The notes under the pieces: generated by a model
Database searches by the model: none
The model's input: the letters and a program-made list of their open reading frames with translations, nothing else
What the model was told of the DNA's origin: nothing
Part shown: in pieces, positions 15,201 to 29,173 of the stretch
Position numbering within the stretch: the stretch's first letter is position 1
Layout: each line of letters starts with the position of its first letter
Program-made: the position numbers and the translations under genes
Origin: the human T2T-CHM13v2.0 reference genome, Homo sapiens
Assembly: GCF_009914755.1 (NCBI RefSeq)
Contig: NC_060933.1
Length of the DNA stretch: 64,000 bases
Direction: 5' to 3' (one strand)

Positions 15201-18200
15201 TGGAAAGAATGGAATCAACACGAGTGGAATGGCATGGATTGGAATGGAATGGAATGGAATCAACCCGAGTACAGGGGAATGGAATGGAATGGAATGCAAT
15301 GGAATGGAATCATCCGTAATGGAATGGAAAGGAATGGAATGGAATGGAATAGAATGGAATGGAATCAACTCGATTGCAATCGAATGGAATGGAATGGAAT
15401 TAACCCGAATAGAATGGAATGGATTGGAATGGAATGGAATGGAACGGAAAGGAATGGAATGGAACGGAATGGAATGGAATGGAATGGAATGGAATGGAAT
15501 CAACGTGAGTGCTGGGAAATTGAATGGAATGGAATGCAATGGAATGGAATCTTCCGGAATGGAATGGAATGGAATGGAATGGAATAAACCCGAGTGCAAT
15601 GGAATGGAGTGGAATGCAATGGAATGGAATGGAACAACCCGAATGGAATGGAATGTAATGGAGAGTAAGGGTGTTGAATAGAATCAATCCGAATGTAATG
15701 GAATGGAATGGAACGGAATGGAATTGAAAGGAATGGAATGGAATGCAATGGAATGGAATCAACCCGAGTGCAATGGAATGGAGAGGAATGGAATGGAATG
15801 GAATGGAAAATACCCGAATGGAATGGAATGTAATGGAGTGTAAGGGAATTGAATAGAATCAATCCGAAGGTAATGGAATGGAATGGAATGCAATGGAATG
15901 GAATCAACCCGAGTGCAATCGAATGGAATCGAATGGAATGGAATGCAATGGAATGGATTCAACTTGAATGGAATGGAAAGAATGGAATCAACACGAGTGG
16001 AATGGCATGGATTGGAATGGAATGGAATGGAATCAACCCGAGTACAGGGGAATGGAATGGAATGGAATGCAATGGAATGGAATCAGCCGTAATGGAATGA
16101 AAAGGAATGGAATGGAATGGAATGGAATGGAATGGAATGGAATGGAATGGAATCAACTCGATTGCAATCGAATGGAATGGAATGGAATTAACCCGAATAG
16201 AATGGAATGGAATCTTCCGGAACGGAACGGAATGGAATGGAATGGAATGGAATGGAATGGAACGGAATGGAATGGAATGGAATCAACGCGAGTGCAGGGG
16301 AATGGAATGGAATGGAATGCAATGGAATGGAATCTTCCGGAAAGGAATGGAATGGAATGGAATGGAATGGAATGGAATGGAATGAAATGCAATGGATTCA
16401 ACTCGATTGCAATGGAATGGAATAGAATGGAATGGAATGGAATGGAATGGAATTAATCCGAATAGAATGGAATGGAATGGAATGGAACGGAACGGAACGG
16501 AACGGAATGGAATGGAATGGAATGGAATGGAATGGTATGGAATGGAATGGAATGGTACGGAATAGAATGGAATGGAACGAATTGTAATGGAATGGAATGG
16601 AATGGAATGGAATGGAATAGAATGGAATCAACGCGAGTGCAGGGGAATGTAATGGAACAGAATGCAATGGAATGGAATCATCCGGAATGGAATGGAATGG
16701 AATGGAATGGAATGGAATCAACCCGAGTGCAATGGAATGGAGTGGAATGGAATGGAATGGAATGGAACAACCCGAATGGAATGGAATGTAATGGAGAGTA
16801 AGGGAGTTGAAAAGAATCAATCCGAATGTAATGGAATGGAATGCAACGGAATGGAATGGAATGGAATGGAATGGAATGGAATGGAATGGAATGGAATGCA
16901 ATGGAATGGAATCAAGCCGAGTACAATGGAATGGAATGGAATGGAATGGAATGGAATGGAATGGAATGAAATGGAATGATACGGAATAGAATGGAATGGA
17001 ACGAAATGGAATGGAATGGAATGGAATGGAATGGAATGGAATGGAATGGAATGGAATGGAATCGTTCCGAGTGGAATAGTAGGGAATGTATTCGAGTGGA
17101 ATGGAAAGGAATGGAATCAACCAGAGTGGAATGGAAGGGAATGGAATGAAATGGAATGGAATGGAATGGAATGAAATGGAATGGAATCAACCCGAGTGCA
17201 ATCGAATGGAATCGAATGGAATGGAATGCAATGGAATGGATTCAACTTGAATGGAAAGGAAAGAATGGAATCAACACGAGTGGAATGGCATGGATTGGAA
17301 TGGAATGGAATGGAATCAACCCGAGTACAGGGGAATGGAATGGAATGGAATGCAATGGAATGGAATCATCAGTAATGGAATGGAAAGGAATGGAAAGGAC
17401 TGGAATGGAATGGAATGGAATGGAATGGAATGGAATCAACTCGATTGCAATCGAATGGAATGGAATGGAATTAACCCGAATAGAATGGAATGGAATGGAA
17501 TGGAACGGAACGGAATGGAATGGAATGGAATGGAATGGAACGGAAAGGAATGGAATGGAATGGAATGGAACGGAATGGAATGGAATGGAATCAACGCGTG
17601 TGCAGGGGAATGGAATGGAATCGAATGGAATGGAAAGGAATGGAATGGAATCAACCCGAGTGCAGGGGAACGTAATGGAACGGAATGCAATGGAATGGAA
17701 TCATCCGGAATGGAATGGAATGGAATGGAATGGAATCAACCCGAGTGCAATGGAATGGAAAGGAATGGAATGGAACAACCCGAATGGAATGGAATGTAAT
17801 GGAGAGTAAGGGAGTTGAAAAGAATCAATCCGAATGGAATGGAATGGAATGGAACGGAATGGAATGGAATGGAATGGAATGGAATGGAATGGAATGCAAT
17901 GGAATGGAATCAACCCGAGTACAATGGAATGGAATGGAATGGAATGGAATGGAATGGAATGGAATGGAATGCAATGGAATGGAATCTTCCGGAATGGAAT
18001 GGAATGGAATGGAATGGAATGGAGTGGAATGCAATGGATTCAACTCGATTGCAATGTAATGGAATAGAATGGAATGGAATGGAACGGAATGGAATGGAAT
18101 TAAACCGAATAGAATGGAATGGAATGGAATGGAACGGAACAGAACGGAACGGAACGGAACGGAGTGGAATGGAATGGAATGGAATTGTATGGAATGGAAT

Positions 18201-18720
18201 GGAATGGTACGGAATAGAATGGAATGGAAAGAATTGGAATGGAATGGAATCGAATGGAATGGAATGGAATGGAATGGAATCAACCCGAGTGCAGGGGAAT
18301 GTAATGGAATGGAATGCAATGGAATGGAATCATCCGGAATGGAATGGAATGGAATGGAATGGAATGGAATGGAATGGAATGGAATGGAATCAACCCGAGC
18401 GCAATGCAATGGAGTGGAATGGAATGGAATGGAACAACCCGAATGGAATGGAATGTAATGGAGAGTAAGGGAGTTGAATAGAATCAATCCGAATGTAATG
18501 GAATGGAACGGAATGGAATGGAATGGAATGGAATGGAATGGAATGGAATGGAATGCAATGGAATGGAATCAACCCGAGTACAATGGAACGGAATGTAATG
18601 TAATGGAATGGAATGGAATGGAATGGAATGGAATGGAATGGAATGGAATCAACCCGAGTGCTATGGAATGGAGAGGAATGGAATGGAATTGAATGGAAAC
18701 TACCCGAATGGAATGGAATG

Positions 18721-19000
18721 GAATGGAGTGTAAGGGAATTGAATAGAATCAATCCGAATGGAATGGAATGGAATGGAATGCAATGGAATCAACCCGAGTG
18801 CAGGGGAATGGAATGGAATGGAATGCAATGGAATGGAATCATCCGGAATGGAATGGAATGGAATGGAGTGTTAGGGAATTGAATAGAATCAATCCGAATG
18901 GAATGGAATGGAATGGAATGCAATGGAATCAACCCGAGTGCAGGGGAATGGAATGGAATGGAATGCAATGGAATGGAATCATCCGGAATGGAATGGAATG
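18721..19000 (+). repeat. 140-bp tandem duplication (2 copies)
   Basis: 18721-18860 equals 18861-19000 except TAAGGG>TTAGGG. Confidence 0.9.
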
Positions 19001-22000
19001 GAATGCAATGGAATGGAATGGAATGGAATCAACCCGAGTGCAATGGAATGGAGTGAAATGGAATGGAATGGAATGGAGACAACCAGAATGGATTGGAATA
19101 TAATGGAGTGTAAGGGAATTGAATAGAATCAATCTGAATGTAATGAAATGGAATGGAAAGGAATGGAATGGAATGGAATGGAATGGAATGGAATGCAATG
19201 GATTGGAATCAACCCGAGTGCAATCGAATGGAATCGAATGGAATGGAATGCAATGGAATGGATTCAACTTGAATGGAATGGAAAGAATGGAATCAACACG
19301 AGTGGAATGGCATGGATTGGAATGGAATGGAATGGAATCAACCCGAGTATAGGGGAATGGAATGGAATGGAATGCAATGGAATGGAATCATCCGTAATGG
19401 AATGGAAAGGATTGGAATGGAATGCAATGGAATGGAATGGAATGGAATGGAATCAACTCGATTGCAATGGAATGGAATGGAATGGAATTAACCCGAATAG
19501 AATGGAATGGAATGGAATGGAACGGAACAGAATGGAATGGAATGGAATGGAATGGAATGGAATGGAATGGAACGGAAAGGAAGGGAATGGAATGGAATAG
19601 AATGGAATGGAATGGAATCAACGCGAGTGCAGGGGAATGGAATGGAATGCAATGGAATGGAATCTTCCGGAATGGAATGGAATGGAATGGAATGGAATGG
19701 AATCAACCCGAGTACAGGGTAATGGAATGGAATGGAATGCAATGGAATGGAATCATCCGTAATGGAATGGAAAGGAATGGAATGGAATGGAATGGAATGG
19801 AATGGAATGGAATGGAATGGAATCAACTCGATTGCAATCGAATGGAATGGAATGGAATTAACCCGAATAGAATGGAATGGAATGGAATGGAACGGAACGG
19901 AACGGAATGCAATGGATTGGAATGGAATGGAATGGAATGGAATGGAACGGAAAGGAACGGAATGGAATGGAATGGAATGGAATGGAATGGAATGGAATCA
20001 ACGCGAGTGCAGGGGAATGGAATGGAATGGAATGCAATGGAATGGAATCAACTCGATTGTAATGGAATGGAGTGGAATGGAATGGAATGGAATGGAATGG
20101 AATGGAATTGAATCAACCCGAGTGCAATGAAATGGAGTGGAATGGAATGGAATGGAATGGAACAACCCGAATGGAATGGAATGTAATGGAGAGTAAGGGA
20201 GTTGAATAGAATCAATCCGAATGTAATGGAATGGAATGGAACGGAATGGAATTGAATGGAATGGAATGGAATGCAATGGAATGGAATCAACCCGAGTGCA
20301 ATGGAATGGAGAGGAATGGAATGGAATGGAATGGAAACTACCCGAATGGAATGGAATGTAATGGAGTGTAAGGGAATTGAATAGAATCAATCCGAATGTA
20401 ATGGAATGGAATGGAACGGAACGGAATGGAATGGAATGGAATGGAATGGAATGGAATGGAATGCAATGGAATGGAATCAACCCGAGTACAATCGAATGGA
20501 ATCGAATGGAATGGAATGCAATGGAATGGATTCAATTTGAATGGAATGGAAAGAATGGAATCAACACGAGTGGAATGGCATGGATTGGAATGGAATGGAA
20601 TGGAATCAACCCGAGTACAGGGGAATGGAATGGAATGGAATGCAATGGAATGGAATCATCCGTAATGGAATGGAAAGGAATGGAATGGAATGGAATGGAG
20701 TGGAATGGAATGGAATGGAATCAACTCGATTGCAATCGAATGGAATGGAATGGAATTAACCCGAATAGAATGAAATGGAATGGCATGGAACGGAATGGAA
20801 TGGAATGGAATGGAATGGAATGGAATGGAATGGAAAGGAACGGAACGGAATGGATGGAATGGAATGGAATGGAATGGAATGGAATCAACGCGAGTGCAGG
20901 GGAATGGAATGAAATGGAAGGCAATGGAATGGAATCTTCCGGAATGGAATGGAATGGAATGAAATGCAATGGATTCAACTCGATTGCAATGGAATGGAAT
21001 AGAATGCAATGGAATGGAATGGAATGGAATGGAATTAACCCGAATAGAATGGAATGGAATGGAATGGAACGGAATGGAACGGAATTGAATGGAATGGAAT
21101 GGAATGGAATGGTATGGAATGGAATGGAATGGTACGGAATAGAATGGGATGGAACGAATTGTAATGGAATGGAATTGAATGGAATGGAATGGAATGGAAT
21201 GGAATCAACGCGAGTGCAGGGGAATGTAATGGAACGGAATGCAATGGAATGGAATCATCCGGAATGGAATGGAATGGAATGGAATGGAATGGAATGGAAT
21301 AAACCCGAGTGCAATGGAATGGAGTGGAATGGAATAGAATGGAATGGAACAACCCGAATGGAATGGAATGTAATGGAGAGTAAGGGAGTTGAATAGAATC
21401 AATCCGAATGTAATGGAATGGAATGGAACGGAATGGAATTGAATGGAATGGAATGGAATGCAATGGAATGGAATCAACCCGAGTTCAATGGAATGGAGAG
21501 GAATGGAATGGAATGGAATGGAAACTACCCGAATGGAATGGAATGTAATGCAGTGTAAGGGAATTGAATAGAATCAATCCGAATGTAATGGAATGGAATG
21601 GAACGGAATGGAATGGAATGGAATGGAATGGAACGGAATGGAATGGAATGGAATGGAATGGATTGGAATGGAATGGAATAAAATGGAATGGAATCAACCC
21701 GAGTGCAATGGAATGGAGTGGAATGGAATGGAATGGAATGGAACAACCCGAATGGAATGGAATGTAATGGAGAGTAAGGGAGTTGAATAGAATCAATCCG
21801 AATGTAATGGAATGGAATGCAACGGAATGGAATGGAATGGAATGGAATGGAATGCAATGGAATTGAATCAACCCGAGTGCAATAGAATGGAATCGAATGG
21901 AATGGAATGCAATGGAATGGATTCAACTTGAATGGAATGGAAAGAATGGAATCAACACGAGTGGAATGGCATGGATTGGAATGGAATGGAATGGAATCAA

Positions 22001-25000
22001 CCCGAGTACAGGGGAATGGAATGGAATGCAATGGAATGGAATCATCCGTAATGGAATGGAAAGGAATGGAATGGAATGGAATGGAATGGAATGGAATGGA
22101 ATGGAATGGAATGGAATCAACTCGATTGCAATCGAATGGAATGGAATGCAATTAACCCGAATAGAATGGAATGGAATGGAATGGAATGGAACGGAACGGA
22201 ATGGAATGGAATGGAATGGAATGGAACGGAACGGAACGGAATGGAATGGAATGGAATGGAATCAACGCGAGTGCAGGGGAATGGAATGGAATGGAATGCA
22301 ATGGAATGGAATCTTCCGGAATGGAATGGAATGGAATGGAATGGAATGAAATGCAATGGATTCAACTCGATTGCAATGGAATGGAATAGAATGGAATGGA
22401 ATGGAATGGAATGGAATTAATCCGAATAGAATGGAATGGAATGGAATGGAACGGAATGGAACGGAATGGAATGGAATGGAATGGAATGGAATGGAATGGA
22501 ATGGTATGGAATGGAATGGAATGGTACGGAATAGAATGGAATGGAACGAATTGTAATGGAATGGAATTCAATGGAATGGAATGGAATGGAATGGAAACAA
22601 CGCGAGTGCAGGGGAATGTAATGGAACGGAATGCAATGGAATGGAATCATCCGGAATGGAATGGAATGGAATGGAATGGAATCAACCCGAGTGCAATGGA
22701 ATGGAGTGGAATGGAATGGAATGGAATGGAACAACCCGAATGGAATGGAATGTAATGGAGAGTAAGGGAGTTGAATAGAATCAATCCGAATGTAATGGAA
22801 TGGAATGCAACGGAATGGAATGGAATGGAATGGAATGGAATGGAATGGAATGCAATGGAATTGAATCAACCTGAGTACAATGGAATGGAATGGAATGGAA
22901 TGGAATGGAATGGAATGGAATGGAATGGAATGGAATGGAATGATACGGAATAGAATGGAATGGAACGAAATGGAATGGAATGGAATGGAATGGAATGGAA
23001 TCGTTCCGAGTGGAATAGGAGGGAATGTATTCGAGTGGAATGGAAAGGAATGGTATCAACCAGAGTGGAATGGAAGGGAATGGAATGGAATGGAAACTAA
23101 TAGAATGGAATCAACCCGAGTGGAATGGAATGGAAAGGACTGGAATGGAATGGAATGGAATGGAATCAACTCGATTGTAATGGAATGGAATGGAATGGAA
23201 TGGAATGGAATGGAATGGAATGGAATTAACCCGAATACAATGGAATGGAATGGAATGGAACGGAATGGAGTGGAATGGAATGGAATCAACCCGAGTGCAG
23301 GGGAATGGAATGGAATGGAATGCAATGGAATGGAATCATCCGGAATGGAATGGAATGGAATGCAAAGCAATGGAATCAACTCGATTGCAATGGAATGGAA
23401 TGGAATGGAAAGGAATACATTGGAATCAACCCGAGTGGAATGGAATGGAAAGGACTGGAATGGAGTGGAATGGAATGGAATGGAATGGAATGGAATCAAC
23501 TCGATTGTAATGGAATGGAATGGAATGGAATGGAATGGAATTAACCCGAATAGAATGGAATGGAATGGAATGGAACGGAATCAACCCGACTGCAGGGGAA
23601 TGGAATGGAATGGAATGCAATGGAATGGATTCAACTTGAATGGAATGGAAAGAATGGAATCAACACGAGTGGAATTGCATGGATTGGAATGGAATGGAAT
23701 GGAATCAACCCGAGTACAGGGGAATGGAATAGAATGGAATGCAATGGAATGGAATCATCCGTAATGGAATGGAAAGGAATGGAATGGAATGGAATGGAAT
23801 GGAATAGAATGGAATGGAATCAACTCGATTGCAATCGAATGGAATGGAATGGAATTAACCCGAATAGAATGGAATAGAATGGAATGGAACGGAACGGAAT
23901 GGAATGGAATGGAATGGAACGGAACGGAATGTAATGGAATTGAATGGAAAGGAATGGAATGGAATCAACGCGAGAGCAGGGGAATGGAATGGAATGGAAT
24001 GCAATGGAATGGAATCTTCCTGAATGCAATGGAATGGAATGGAATGGAATGAAATGCAATGGATTCAACTCGATTGCAATGGAATGGAATAGAATGGAAT
24101 GGAATGGAATGGAATGGAATGGAATGGAATTAACCCGAATAGAATGGAATGGAATGGAATGGAACGGAATAGAACTGAATGGAATGGAATGGAATGGAAT
24201 GGAATGGAATGGAATGGTACGGAATTGAATGGAATGGTACGGAATAGAATGGAATGGAACGAATTGTAATGGAATGGAATTGAATGGAATGGAATGGAAT
24301 GGAATGGAATCAGCGCGAGTGCAGGGGAATGGAATGGAACGGAATGCAATGGAATGGAATCATCCGGAATGGAATGGAATGGAATGGAGTGGAATCAACC
24401 CGAGTGCAATGGAATGGAGTGGAATGGAATGGAATGGAATTGAACAACCCGAATGGAATGTAATGTAATGGAGTTTAAGGGAATTGAATAGAATGAATCC
24501 GAATGGAATGGAATAGAATGGAAAGGAATGGAATGGAATGGAATGCAATGGAATGGAATGGAATGGAATGCAATGCCATGGAATCAACACGAGTGCAAAC
24601 GAATGGATTCGAATGGAATGGAATGCAATGGAATGGATTCATCTTGAATGGAATGGAAAGAATGGAATCAACACGACTGGAATGGCATGGATTGGAATGG
24701 AATGGAATGGAATCAACCCAAGTACAGGGGAATGGAATGGAATGGTAGGAAATGGAATGGAATCATCCGTAATGTAATGGAAAGGAATGGAATGGAATGG
24801 AATGGAATGGAATGGAATGGAATGGAATGGAATCAACTCGATTGCAATGGAATGGAATGGAATGGAATTAACCCGAATAGAATGGAATGGAATGGAATGG
24901 AATGGAACTGAACGGAATGGAATGGAATGGAATGGAATGGAATGGAATGGAACGGAACGGAACGGAATGGAATGGAATGGAATGGAATGGAATGCAATCA

Positions 25001-28000
25001 AAGCGAGTGCAGGGGAATGGAATGGAATGGAATGCAATGGAATGGAATCTTCCGGAATGGAATGGAATGGAATGGAATGGAATGAAATGCAATGGATTCA
25101 ACTCGATTGCAATGGAATGGAATAGAATGGAATGGAATGGAATGGAATGGAATGGAATTAACCCGAATAGAATGGAATGGAATGGAATGGAACGGAATGG
25201 AACGGAATGGAATGGAATGCAATGGAATGGAATGGAATGGTATGGTATGGAATGGAATGGAATGGTACGGAATAGAATGGAATGGAACGAATTGTAATGG
25301 AATGGAATTGAATGGAATGGAATGGAATGGAATGGAATGGAATCAACGCGAGTGCAGGGGAATGTAATGGAACGGAATGCAATGGAATGGAATCATCCGG
25401 AATGGAATGGAATGGAATGGAATGGAATGGAATGGAATCAACCCGAGTGCAATGGAATGGAGTGGAATGGAATGGAATGGAATGGAACAACCCGAATGGA
25501 ATGGAATGTAATGGAGAGTAAGGGAGTTGAATAGAATCAATCCGAATGTAATGGAATGGAAAGCAACGGAATGGAATGGAATGGAATGGAATGGAATGGA
25601 ATGGAATGCAATGGAATGGAATCAACCCGAGTACAATGGAATGGAATGGAATGGAATGGAATGGAATGGAATGGAATGGATTGGAATGGAATGAAATGGA
25701 ATGGAATTGAATGGAATGGAATGCCTTCAAACCGAATGGAATGGAAAGGAATGGAATCAACACGAGTGGAATGGAATGGAATGGAATGGAATGGAATGGA
25801 ATGGAATGGAATGGTACGGAATAGAATGGAATGGAACGAAATGGAATGGAATGGAATGGAATGGAATGGAATGGAATGGAATGGAATGGAATGGAATCGT
25901 TCCGAGTGGAACAGGAGGGAATGTATTCGAGTGGAATGGAAAGGAATGGAATCAGCCAGAGTGGAATGGAAAGGAATGGAATGGAATGGAAACTAATAGA
26001 AAGGAATCAACCCGAGTGGAATGGAATGGAAAGGACTGGAATGGAATGGAATGGAATCAACTCTATTGTAAAGGAATGGAATGGAATGGAATGGAACGGA
26101 ATGGAATGGAATGGAATGGAATGGAAATAACCCGAATACAATGGAAGGGAAAGGAATGCAACGGAATGGGGTGGAATGGAATGGAATCAACCCGAGTGCA
26201 GGGGAATGGAATGGAATGGAATGCAATGGAATGGAATCATCCGGAATGGAATGGAATGGAATGGAATGCAAAGCAATGGAATCAACTCGATTGCAATGGA
26301 ATGGAATGGAATGCAAAGGAATAGAATGGAATCAACCCGAGTGGAATGGAATGGAAAGGACTGGAATGGAGTGGAATGGAATGGAATGGAATGGAATGGA
26401 ATCAACCCGAGTGCAATCGAATAGAATCGAATGGAATGGAATGCAATGGAATGGATTCAACTTGAATGGAATGGAAAGAATGGAATCAACACGAGTGGAA
26501 TGGCATGGATTGGAATGGAATGGAATGGAATCAACCCGAGTACAGGGGAATGGAATGGAATGGAATGCAATGGAATGGAATCATCCGTAATGGAATGGAA
26601 AGGAATGGAATGGAAAGGAATGGAATGGAATGGAATGGAATGGAATCAACTATATTGCAATCGAATGGAATGGAATGGAATTAACCCGAATAGAATGGAA
26701 TGGAATGGAATGGAACGGAACGGAATGGAATGGAATGGAATGGAACGGAAAGGAAGGGAATGGAATAGAATAGAATGGAATGGAATGGAATCAATGCGAG
26801 TGCAGGGGAATGGAATGGAATGGAATGCAATGGAATGGAATCTTCCGGAATGGAATGGAATGGAATGGAATGGAATGGAATGGAATCAACCCGAGTGCAA
26901 TGGAATGGAGTGGAATGGAATGGAATGGAATGGAACAACCCGAATGGAATGGAATGGAATGGAGAGTAAGGGAGTTGAATAGAATCAATCCGAATGTAGT
27001 GGAATGGAATGGAACGGAATGGAATTGAATGGAATGGAATGGAATGCAATGGAATGGAATCAACCCGAATGCAATGGAATGGAGAGGAATGGAATGGAAT
27101 GGAATGGAAACAACCCGAATGGAATGGAATGTAAAGGAGTGTAAGGGAGTTGAAAAGAATCAATCCGAATGTGATGGAATGGGATGGAAAGGAATGGAAT
27201 GGAATGGAATGCAATGGAATGGAATCAACCCGAGTACAATGGAATGGAATGGAATGGAATGGAATGGAATGGAATGGAATGGAATGGAATGGAATGCAAT
27301 GGAATGGAATCTTCCGGAATGCAATGGAATGGAATGGAATGGAATGGAATGGAATGCAATGGATTCAACTCGATTGCAATGGAATGGAATAGAATGGAAT
27401 GGAATGGAATGGAATGGAATTAAATCGAATAGAATGAAATGGAATGGAATGGAACGGAAAGGAACGGAACGGAACGGAACGGAACGGAGTGGAATGGAAT
27501 GGAATGGAATTGTATGGAATGGAATGGAATGGTACGGAATAGAATGGAATGGAAAGAATTGGAATGGAATGGAATGGAATGGAATGGAATGGAATGGAAT
27601 GGAATCAACCAGAGTGCAGGGGAATGTAATGGAACGGAATGCAATGGAATGGAATCATCCGGAATGGAATGGAATGGAATGGAATGGAATGGAATCCAAT
27701 GGAATCAACCCGAGTGCAATGGAATGGAGTGGAATGGAATGGAATGGAATGGAACAACCCGAATGGAATGGAATATAATGGAGAGTAAGGGAGATGAATA
27801 GAATCAATCCGAATGTAATGGAATGGAACGGAATGGAATGGAATGGAATGGAATGGAATGGAATGGAATGCAATGGAATGGAATCAACCCGAGTACAAAG
27901 GAACGGAATGGAATGGAATGGAATGGAATGGAATGGAATGGAATGGAATGCAATGGAATGGAATCAACCCGAGTGCAATGGAATGGAGAGGAATGGAATG

Positions 28001-29173
28001 GAATGGAATGGAAACTACCCGAATTGAATGGAATGTAATGGAGTGTAAGGCAATTGAATAGAATCAATCCGAATGGAATGGAATGGAATGGAACGGAATG
28101 TAATGGAATGGAATGGAATGGAATCAACCCGAGTGCAGGGGAATGGTATGGAATGGAATGCAATTGAATGGAATCATCCGGAATGGAATGGAATGGAATG
28201 CAATGGAATGGAATGGAATGGAATGGAATGGAATGGAATGGAATGGAATGATACGGAATAGAATGGAATGGAACGAAATGGAATGGAATGGAATGGAATG
28301 GAAAGGAATGGAATGGAATCGTTCCAAGTGGAATAGGAGGGAATGTATTCGAGTGGAATGGAAAGGAATGGAATCAACCAGAGTGGAATGGAAGGGAATG
28401 GAATGGAATGGAAACTAATAGAATGGAATCAACCCGAGTGGAATAGAATGGAAAGGACTGGAATGGAATGGAATGGAATGGAATCAACTCGATTGTAATG
28501 GAATGGAATGGAATCGAATGGAATGGAATGGAATGGAATTAACCCGAATACAATGGAATGGAATGGAATGGAACGGAATGGAGTGGAATGGAATGAAATC
28601 AACCCGAGTGCAGGGGAATGGAATGGAATGGAATGCAATGAAATGGAATCAACCCTTGTGCAATCGAATGGAATCGAATGGAATGGAATGCAATGGAATG
28701 GATTCAACTTGAATGGAATGGAAAGAATGGAATCAACACGAGTGGAATGGCATGGATTGGAATGGAATGGAATGGAATCAACCCGAGTACAGGGGAATGG
28801 AATGGAATGGAATGCAATGGAATGGAATCATCCGTAATGGAATGGAAAGGAATGGAATGGAATGGAATGGAATGGAATGGAATGGAATGGAATCAACTCG
28901 ATTGCAATCGAATGGAATGGAAAGCAATTAACCCGAATAGAATGGAATGGAATGGAATGGAACGGAACGGAACGGAACGGAACGGAATGGAATGGAATGG
29001 AATGGAATGGAATGGAACGGAAAGGAATGGAATGGAATGGAATGGAATGGAATGGAATGGAATCAACACGAGTGCAGGGGAATGGAATATAATGGAATGC
29101 AATGGAACGGAATCTTCCGGAATGGAATGGAATGGAATGGAATAAACCCGAGTGCAATGGAATGGAGTGGAAT

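Noticed and set aside
18871-18876. TTAGGG telomere-like hexamer (also at 33201 and 40228)
   Set aside because: These are isolated single-base variants of the common GTGTAAGGG word, not tandem telomeric repeats.
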